A stretch of DNA of 64,000 bases from a bacterium (GTDB taxonomy: Bacteria > Patescibacteriota > Minisyncoccia > Phycocordibacterales > JBBTRF01): the NCBI GenBank assembly GCA_037130265.1, contig JBAXTI010000001.1, forward strand, positions 235,086 through 299,085. The letters are read 5' to 3'. The stretch's first letter is position 1. Each line of letters starts with the position of its first letter. The notes beneath the pieces are model-generated. The model was given only the letters and a program-made list of their open reading frames with translations, had not been told where the DNA came from and searched no databases. This document shows positions 57,421-64,000 of this stretch, one piece after another. The position numbers were made by a program, and so were the translations under genes.

Positions 57421-58641
57421 TTACTGAAATAGCTTCAAGTACTCTCCCAACCCCTGCTTCACGAGATCCTCTTTTGGAACAAAGCGCAGCGAAGCGGAGT
57501 TCATGCAATATCGCAGGCCCGTCGGTGCGGGGCCGTCGGTGAAGACGTGTCCAAGATGGGAGTTGGCATATCGGGAACGAACCTCGGTGCGTTTGGTAAA
57601 CCAGCCGTTGTCCTCGTGCAAAGTCACGACATCGGATGCGATTGGCTTGGTGAACGAGGGCCAGCCGGTACCAGAGTCGTATTTGTCGGTCGAAGAATAC
57701 AATGGCTCACCAGAGACGATGTCGACGTAGATACCAGCGCGCTTGTTCTCGTTGTATTTGTTTTCAAATGGCTTTTCGGTGCCCGCTTGCTGGGTCACTT
57801 CATACTGAAGAGGAGTAAGTCGAGCGCGCAAGGTGGCATCGTCTGGTTTGGTGAAGGCAGTTTTTGCGGCAAAAATGTCTGATGCCGCCGAAGTTTTCAC
57901 TGTAGTGCTTGGGACGCCGAAAAGATTGTCATATTTCCCGCCGCCCCAAATCAACTTAGAAAAAGCATCGCGTCCAGAAGCTTTGCGATAGTATTCGTAT
58001 CGAGTAGTGTTTTTCTTGTAGAAATCCTGATGATAGTCTTCGGCAATCCAGAATTCGCCGACTGGTTCGATGACTGTTGCGATGGGCTTTGGAAATATCT
58101 TTAGCTTAGACACTTCCGCAATCACCTTCTCGGCGATCAGCTTTTCGGCATCGGTTTGGTAGTACACCGCGGAAGTATACTGGTGGCCACGATCATAGAA
58201 GGAGCCCGTTGCGTCGGTGGGGTCGCTGTGGCGAAGAAGCCAAAATACTAGCTGGGCATAGGTGACCTTTTGCGGATCGTACTCCACCTTCACGCTTTCT
58301 CGATGACCAGTCGCCCCTTTCGAAACCTCAGCGTAGGTTGGACCGTCTATTCCTGTGGTACCGCCGGTGTAGCCTGATACTGCTTCTACTACACCTGGGA
58401 GCTTCTCGAAGTCACTTTCGACGCACCAAAAACAGCCACCAGCGAAATAGGCGAGAGCGGTAGTGGTGCTGGTTGGCAATGGCGAAGTGCTGAGTGTTGG
58501 TCCGGTCGATTGGGCCGACTCATCGAGTACGCTTGGTGCAAAATGGCCTTGATACCATCCATAGCCCCATTGTACTGCCGCTGCCACGAAGGCAATGGCC
58601 GCGACTGCTCCGACGATTGTCCAAATACGTTGTGTGTTCAT
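57421..58641 (-). CDS. msrAB: Membrane-anchored bifunctional methionine sulfoxide reductase MsrA-MsrB
   Basis: FAGGCFWC and AEDYHQD (MsrA); [24 protein letters not shown] and RYCMNS (MsrB). Confidence 0.95.
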   Translation of the reverse strand: MNTQRIWTIVGAVAAIAFVAAAVQWGYGWYQGHFAPSVLDESAQSTGPTLSTSPLPTSTTTALAYFAGGCFWCVESDFEKLPGVVEAVSGYTGGTTGIDGPTYAEVSKGATGHRESVKVEYDPQKVTYAQLVFWLLRHSDPTDATGSFYDRGHQYTSAVYYQTDAEKLIAEKVIAEVSKLKIFPKPIATVIEPVGEFWIAEDYHQDFYKKNTTRYEYYRKASGRDAFSKLIWGGGKYDNLFGVPSTTVKTSAASDIFAAKTAFTKPDDATLRARLTPLQYEVTQQAGTEKPFENKYNENKRAGIYVDIVSGEPLYSSTDKYDSGTGWPSFTKPIASDVVTLHEDNGWFTKRTEVRSRYANSHLGHVFTDGPAPTGLRYCMNSASLRFVPKEDLVKQGLGEYLKLFQ

Positions 58642-58705
58642 CGCTCTATTCTATCACCGCCCTCTGTATTTTTATCTTCGCTACAATGTTTGCTACACTA
58701 TTCGT

Positions 58706-59074
58706 ATGAAATTAAAAGAACTTTTCAAATTGACCGGTTTGCCAGTGTTGGCTGCATCCTTGTGTTGTCTGAGCCCGCTTATTCTCGTCGCGTTCGGCTT
58801 GTCCACCGCCACTTTTTCGGCGTCGCTCGCCGATAGTCTTTACGGCGACTATCGCTGGGCATTCCGTGTTGTTGGTCTCATGCTGCTCGCATGGAGTCTC
58901 GTCTTGTATTTCCGTCGTCAGAAGGGGATTTGTACGCTCGATGAAGTAAAGAAGCGAAGACAGGAGATTGTGAACGTCACACTTCTTGCGCTCATTGTGG
59001 CGATTGTTGGTTACAGCATCTTCCTCTACGTCGTGGTGCATTATGCGGGGTTGCCATTTGGGATTTGGGAGTAG
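58706..59074 (+). CDS. MerT/MerF-like small metal-transport membrane protein
   Basis: Three TMs with AASLCCLSPL vicinal Cys pair. Confidence 0.6.
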   Translation: MKLKELFKLTGLPVLAASLCCLSPLILVAFGLSTATFSASLADSLYGDYRWAFRVVGLMLLAWSLVLYFRRQKGICTLDEVKKRRQEIVNVTLLALIVAIVGYSIFLYVVVHYAGLPFGIWE

Positions 59075-59180
59075 TTCTGCGCTGAGTACCTCTCTGCTTA
59101 AATAGCTATCAAAGGGGGCTGGTAGCGGTCCCAGAGGGGGTATGGTATGATAGCTCGCATAAGTAATTAATATAATCAAT

Positions 59181-59459
59181 ATGCCAAAAGCAGCAAAACC
59201 AGCAGCAAAGAAAGTCAATTCAGCATTCATGAAGCCAATGACTGTCAGCGCAGACCTCGCCGCTGTCGTGGGAAAGGGACCAATGCCTCGATCTGAGGTG
59301 GTGAAGGCTCTCTGGGCATACATCAAGAAGAATAAGCTCCAGGATGAGAAGAACAAGCGAAATATCAACGCTGACGCTTCTTTGAAAAAGGTGTTCGGTG
59401 GCAAGGCTACTGTGAACATGTTTGAAATGACTAGCTTGGTTTCAAAGCACCTTTCATAA
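59181..59459 (+). CDS. Stand-alone SWIB/MDM2 domain protein
   Basis: S..LAAVVG....PRSEVVKALWAYIKKNKLQD..NKRNINAD..LK.VF......MFEM..LVSKHL. Confidence 0.92.
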   Translation: MPKAAKPAAKKVNSAFMKPMTVSADLAAVVGKGPMPRSEVVKALWAYIKKNKLQDEKNKRNINADASLKKVFGGKATVNMFEMTSLVSKHLS

Positions 59460-59491
59460 TTTTTGAAGAGGATTGATCCGAAAGGGTCGAT

Positions 59492-59531
59492 GAAACAAAA
59501 ACGCCGGCCCGATGGCCGGCGTTTTTGTTTC
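59492..59531 (+). terminator. Intrinsic terminator
   Basis: GAAACAAAAACGCCGGCC/GGCCGGCGTTTTTGTTTC. Confidence 0.8.
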
Positions 59532-59588
59532 TGGAAACGTTCGCCACTTTTCGGCGGCCGCGGTGTAGTCGTGATACAATATTTTTCT

Positions 59589-61361
59589 ATGCAAACCCAT
59601 TTCATTGTGCCGGGCCTCGTACTTGTTTGTTTAATTCTCGGCATTTTTCATGTCCCGTACGTATTTTTGTTGGCTGTCTGTATTGGTCTCTTCAAAATAG
59701 TCACAAAATCGTACGAAGAGATCCGTGAGGGCCGATACAGTCTCGACTACGTAGCATTTCTCGCGATGGTGGTTTCGATCGTCTCTCACGAATATCTTGC
59801 TGGCGGGGTGATCGCTCTGATGTATACCGGTGGAGAGGCACTTGAAGCCTTTGCGAATGGTCGAGCGTACGCAGCGTTGAAGTCGCTCGGCGATACGATT
59901 CCAAAATACTGTCTCGTAGCGACTGGTCCAGCAGGTGATGGTGGCTATGACAGTGTGGCGATTCAAGAGGTGGAGGATGGTGACCGTGTCTTGATCAAAC
60001 GCGGGGAGATTGTACCCCTCGACGGTACGGTGGTCTCGACTGGCGGCGCGGTGCTCAGTATGGCCAATCTCACGGGCGAATCCGACCCTGTTTCTTTAAA
60101 AAAAGGGACCTTTGTGAAAAGCGGCGCTGTGAACGCTGGAGAAAGCTTCGATCTCGATGTGGTTGGAGATTTTTCTTCCTCGACGTATCACAAGATCGCG
60201 CAGCTCGTAGAGGAAGCAAAGGCGAATCCCGCACCCCTCGTGCGAATGTCATCTCGAGCGAATGCATATTTCACCTTCGCGACGTTTTTGTTTGCCGGGA
60301 TTGCGTATGTGGTGAGTGACGAGATTACTCGGGCGCTTGCGGTGTTGGTGATTGCGACACCGTGCCCGCTCATTATTGCTGCGCCTGCCGCCTTTATCGG
60401 TGGAATGTCGCGCCTTGCTCGGTCGGGTATCATTTTGCGGAAGTCTGCAGCATTTGAAGGACTCCAGAAGGCGAAGAAAATCTTTTTCGACAAGACTGGC
60501 ACGCTCACAATGGGCGAGCCGTCTTTGCGACAGGTTCATTTGTTACATCATCAATTAAAGGACGAGGCGGAAGCTTTGGCGATTGCAGCAGCGATCGAGA
60601 TTCACTCACTGCATCCGCTGGCGCAGGCTTTGGTGGTCGAGGCGCGCCGGCGCGGGGTGGAGTACACGCCGGCGCTGAATGTCGCGGAGAAGATTGGCGA
60701 AGGGATCTCCGGGGAGATTTCTGGACAGGTATTTTCGTTGAAGCGCGCCAGCGCTATTGATGATGAAGATACTTCAGGGATTATTCTCGCTTTGTCGGCA
60801 AATGGTGTGGAGCTCGCCCATTTTATTTTTGCGGACGAGTTGAAGGCCGGTGTCGGCACGTTGTTTTCAAATCTGTCTGCTCGTGGAGCTGAAATTGAGA
60901 TCATCACTGGAGATAGCAAGGCGAATGCGGAAGCTGTGTTTGCTGGTTTTGGTGTCACGGTGCGGGCCAATGTCTCACCGGAGGACAAATATCGCCTGGT
61001 GGAGGCGGCGCATAAACAAGGTCAGGGTGTGGTGATGATTGGCGATGGATTGAATGATGCTCCGGCGCTCGCACGAGCCGATGTTGGTGTGGTGTTTTCT
61101 GGATCGGAGAATGGTGCGTCGATTGAGGTGTCGGATGTGGTGATCCTCGACCACCGAATTGAGAAATTGGACGAATTGTTTGCTGCGGCCGAAAAAACGG
61201 TGCGTGTGGCACGGCAGAGTATTTACGGCGGCATTGCATTGTCGGTGATTGGGATGGCTTTCGCTGCTTTTGGATATATTCCGCCGGTCACCGGTGCCTT
61301 TATTCAGGAGGGGATTGATATTATTGTCATCTTAAATGCGCTGCGAACATTGCGGGCGTAG
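59589..61361 (+). CDS. Heavy-metal translocating P1B-type ATPase
   Basis: LTGES, ATPCPL, FDKTGTLT, S.HPLA, ITGD and MIGDGLNDAPAL; no N-terminal metal-binding domain. Confidence 0.92.
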   Translation: MQTHFIVPGLVLVCLILGIFHVPYVFLLAVCIGLFKIVTKSYEEIREGRYSLDYVAFLAMVVSIVSHEYLAGGVIALMYTGGEALEAFANGRAYAALKSLGDTIPKYCLVATGPAGDGGYDSVAIQEVEDGDRVLIKRGEIVPLDGTVVSTGGAVLSMANLTGESDPVSLKKGTFVKSGAVNAGESFDLDVVGDFSSSTYHKIAQLVEEAKANPAPLVRMSSRANAYFTFATFLFAGIAYVVSDEITRALAVLVIATPCPLIIAAPAAFIGGMSRLARSGIILRKSAAFEGLQKAKKIFFDKTGTLTMGEPSLRQVHLLHHQLKDEAEALAIAAAIEIHSLHPLAQALVVEARRRGVEYTPALNVAEKIGEGISGEISGQVFSLKRASAIDDEDTSGIILALSANGVELAHFIFADELKAGVGTLFSNLSARGAEIEIITGDSKANAEAVFAGFGVTVRANVSPEDKYRLVEAAHKQGQGVVMIGDGLNDAPALARADVGVVFSGSENGASIEVSDVVILDHRIEKLDELFAAAEKTVRVARQSIYGGIALSVIGMAFAAFGYIPPVTGAFIQEGIDIIVILNALRTLRA

Positions 61362-61387
61362 TGGTCGCAGGATACAATAGTCTGGCA

Positions 61388-62242
61388 ATGGCGAAAGACA
61401 AGTACAGCGCGGTGTGGGTGTCGCACTCCTCGATGGGAGATTTTTTGAAGTGTCCGCGTGCGTACTATTTGCATAACATATACAAAGATCCAAAGACTCG
61501 CCGCAAGATGAGCGTGGTTGGTCCTGCGCTCTCTCTCGGTACGGCCGTGCATGGGGTGGTGGAGGGATTGGCGGATTTCAAGGCCGAAGAGCGATTTACT
61601 GGACGAGACCTATTGGCTGAATACGAGAAGCAGTGGGCAAAGGTTTCAGGTGAAAAAGGCGGTTTCAAGAGTGTTGAAGATGAGGCTGAGTGGAAGGCGC
61701 GTGGAGAAGTGATGATCGAGCGAGTGATTGCACATCCAGGACCGTTGGTGAAGAAGGCGTTGAAGCTGAAGGGTGGGCAGAATGATATGCTGCCGAATTA
61801 CTTTTTGTCTGAGGATGAGAATATTATTTTGTGCGGGAAGATTGATTGGCTTGAATATGTGCCGGAGGATGACAGTGTTCGCGTGCTCGATTTCAAGACG
61901 GGGAAACGGGAGGAGGAGGGCGAGTCGCTGCAGCTGCCGATCTATTTGCTGTTGTTGAACGAATTGCAGAAGCGCAAAGTGAGTGGTGCAAGCTATTGGT
62001 ATTTGGATCGAGACGATGAGCCGAAGTTGGTGGAGCTGCCCTCGTTGGAGGTCGCGCGAGAAAAAGTGCTCACCGTGGCTCGGGCAGTGAAGGCCGCCCG
62101 CGAGAAGGGCGTGTTTGAGTGTCCACGCGTTCTCGCGGGCGGCTCCTCTTGTTTCGCCTGCGCACCATACGAAGCAATTCTGCGTGGTGAAGCCAAGTCC
62201 CTCGGTGTGGGGGAATATAATCAAGATTTGTTTCTTGTTTAA
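61388..62242 (+). CDS. Stand-alone PD-(D/E)XK nuclease (RecB/AddB/Cas4-like)
   Basis: S.S...F..CPR.Y, GKID, LDFKTG, QL.IY and C-terminal C...CxxC. Confidence 0.85.
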   Translation: MAKDKYSAVWVSHSSMGDFLKCPRAYYLHNIYKDPKTRRKMSVVGPALSLGTAVHGVVEGLADFKAEERFTGRDLLAEYEKQWAKVSGEKGGFKSVEDEAEWKARGEVMIERVIAHPGPLVKKALKLKGGQNDMLPNYFLSEDENIILCGKIDWLEYVPEDDSVRVLDFKTGKREEEGESLQLPIYLLLLNELQKRKVSGASYWYLDRDDEPKLVELPSLEVAREKVLTVARAVKAAREKGVFECPRVLAGGSSCFACAPYEAILRGEAKSLGVGEYNQDLFLV

Positions 62243-62469
62243 ATCGGGCGAAATTTGTCGGTTGAGAATCAGTCGTGGAGCTGCGCCAGGCTGGGAGGGC
62301 GGTGTCTGTGGTGGTGTTCAAGAGGGGTGGTGAAGTAAAAATAGTACCCTCGGATTTTGCATACAAAAGTATGAAGAAAGTATGCAAAATCCGAGGGTAC
62401 TCAGAAATGTTGACGGACACCTCTGCTATACTTTTTCCTGCTATACTATTTGGCACACAAGATATCGAT

Positions 62470-63246
62470 ATGACAAGGAAACCACAAAAACCCCGAACGC
62501 TCAAAGACCTCGTGCGCGAGCTGAGGGCGAACGCCAACGCCAAGAAGGCGGAGCAGCTTGCTGGCTATTTTAAAACTGGGCTAGGTGAATATGGCGCGGG
62601 CGATCGCTTCCTTGGCTTGACCGTGCCTCAACAGCGAACGATCGCCCGCGCTTACTCCCACCTTTCTTTCGCCGATCTCACCACTCTCGCAAAAAACCCA
62701 ATTCACGAACACCGCTTCACCTGCACAGAAATCTTGAACCAGAAAATGGTTATTGCGATGCGGTCGCCAAACGGTGCTGCTGCAAAATTACCCCAGCCAC
62801 TTGTTGATCAGGAGCAGATCGCGAAGTGGTATATCGAACACGCTCGCTGTTTCAACAATTGGGACCTCGTAGACAACTCCGCCCGGGACATCCTCGGTGC
62901 CTATCTGCATCAAAAAGGGAACACGGCCATTCTCGATCGCTTGGCACGATCAGCCAATTTATGGGAGCGGCGTATTGCAGTCATCGCTACACACTTTTTC
63001 ATTCAGAAAGGCGAATTTGCCGATACCCTCCGCATCTGCGAGACGCTCATAGGCGACGACCACGACCTCATTCACAAGGCTTGCGGCTGGATGCTTCGCG
63101 AGACAGGGAAACGTTCTCCAGAGGGCCTAAAAGCCCTCAAGAGCTTCCTAGGTATGCATGCTGTGTCCATGCCGAGGACGATGCTTCGATACGCCATTGA
63201 GCGATTTTCGGCCTCCCAGCGAGCGAAGTATCTCAAGATGGCCTAA
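62470..63246 (+). CDS. DNA alkylation repair protein (AlkD family)
   Basis: YFKTG.GEYG.GD.FLG..VP, NNWDLVD, NLWERR, HKACGWMLRE.GK and MPRTMLRYAIE. Confidence 0.92.
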   Translation: MTRKPQKPRTLKDLVRELRANANAKKAEQLAGYFKTGLGEYGAGDRFLGLTVPQQRTIARAYSHLSFADLTTLAKNPIHEHRFTCTEILNQKMVIAMRSPNGAAAKLPQPLVDQEQIAKWYIEHARCFNNWDLVDNSARDILGAYLHQKGNTAILDRLARSANLWERRIAVIATHFFIQKGEFADTLRICETLIGDDHDLIHKACGWMLRETGKRSPEGLKALKSFLGMHAVSMPRTMLRYAIERFSASQRAKYLKMA

Positions 63247-63314
63247 CCACGGCCCCCTATGGAAAATGGTCAAAAAACATGGCCAAAAAGGCTATTTTGT
63301 GGTAGTGTTCGTGG

Positions 63315-64000
63315 ATGAAAAAAGCGATCAACGTCGCCGTCGTTTTAGGCCTTAGCGTGAGCATTTTGGCCGGTTTTGCACCCTTCGCTCAGGCGCAGGT
63401 GCTTGCGCCCGTCTACGACCCTCGACCATTCGGCTCTACTCTCGAAGTGCATGTAAACGACAACGGCTCGGTCTCTGTCCAGGGTGCTCGCGTTGAACAG
63501 GTTTCCGGTACCACGATCTTCTGCAAGGTGTATTGGGGTGTTTCGTTTATTCGCCTCACTGTTCGTACCAACGATAAGACCATTTTTGAGAAGCGGTTTG
63601 GACAGGCCGTTACTGTGAAGGAGATTTCCGTCGGCGATTTCATTTCAGTCAACGGAGACCTTTTCGAAGGCTCAAACTCTCTCGACGTAGTGGCAAAGAA
63701 GGTGAAGAATTGGTCGTTACAGACATTGGAGGAAGGTTTTTCCGGCACGATTACCGATCTCGGCACGAGTACCCCGACGCAATTGGCCTACGTTCTTAAT
63801 TCAAAGACCCGAGGCAAGATTACGCTGTTGGTAGCTTCATCGACTCCGGTGAACAAGGGTACTTTGGTGCTGAGCACGAGTGTCCTGGGTGTCGGCTCGA
63901 AAATTACTTCCGCAACCGGTGTATACAACAATCTCCAAAAAACACTCGAGGTGCAGACGATCCGCATCTATCAAGATATGTCGATTTTCAAGCCACGAAA
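63315..64000 (+). CDS. Secreted protein with DUF5666-like OB-fold repeats, truncated by window end
   Basis: Signal peptide MKKAINVAVVLGLSVSILAGFAPFAQA; V.T...T......EISVGDFISVNG pattern; no stop seen before 64000. Confidence 0.7.
   Translation, partial: MKKAINVAVVLGLSVSILAGFAPFAQAQVLAPVYDPRPFGSTLEVHVNDNGSVSVQGARVEQVSGTTIFCKVYWGVSFIRLTVRTNDKTIFEKRFGQAVTVKEISVGDFISVNGDLFEGSNSLDVVAKKVKNWSLQTLEEGFSGTITDLGTSTPTQLAYVLNSKTRGKITLLVASSTPVNKGTLVLSTSVLGVGSKITSATGVYNNLQKTLEVQTIRIYQDMSIFKPR

Noticed and set aside
61388-62242. Cas4-like nuclease as evidence of CRISPR-Cas
   Set aside because: No repeat-spacer array or other cas gene seen in the window; stand-alone PD-(D/E)XK proteins are common.
1-64000. 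Alternative genetic code (UGA as Gly, as in Gracilibacteria/SR1)
   Set aside because: Core genes are uninterrupted under code 11 and TGA ends several genes (e.g. 23194, 28651).

Overview
Chromosomal segment of a small-genome bacterium, most likely Patescibacteria/CPR (Parcubacteria-like). This is inferred from tandem VirB2-like pilins, a short IF2 and DnaX, a SWIB protein, CPR-type surface proteins and apparently leaderless genes; the standard genetic code 11 is used. Backbone genes: rpsA, intein-containing gyrA, rbfA, infB, iscS-like, clpB, alr, rpmG, miaA, parB, topA, dprA, serS, ftsQ-like, dus, dnaX, csp, msrAB, a P1B ATPase and alkD, plus 8 tRNAs. Accessory content: a five-pilin/adhesin locus, an AT-rich serine-recombinase island behind tRNA-Gln, and a dinB gene with an SOS-box-like operator among decaying genes. 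Most notable patterns: (1) three HTH+LAGLIDADG-like genes, each wedged between a -10 box and a tRNA; (2) tRNA trailers built from sense and antisense copies of their own tRNA 3' end; (3) miaA starting at the base right after the CCA of its substrate tRNA-Leu(CAA); (4) two promoter-to-terminator units with no long ORF between dus and dnaX, one with a 14-nt complement of the 16S 3' end; (5) two distant paralogous secreted proteins of an unrecognised family. All calls are by eye from motifs; no database searches were run.
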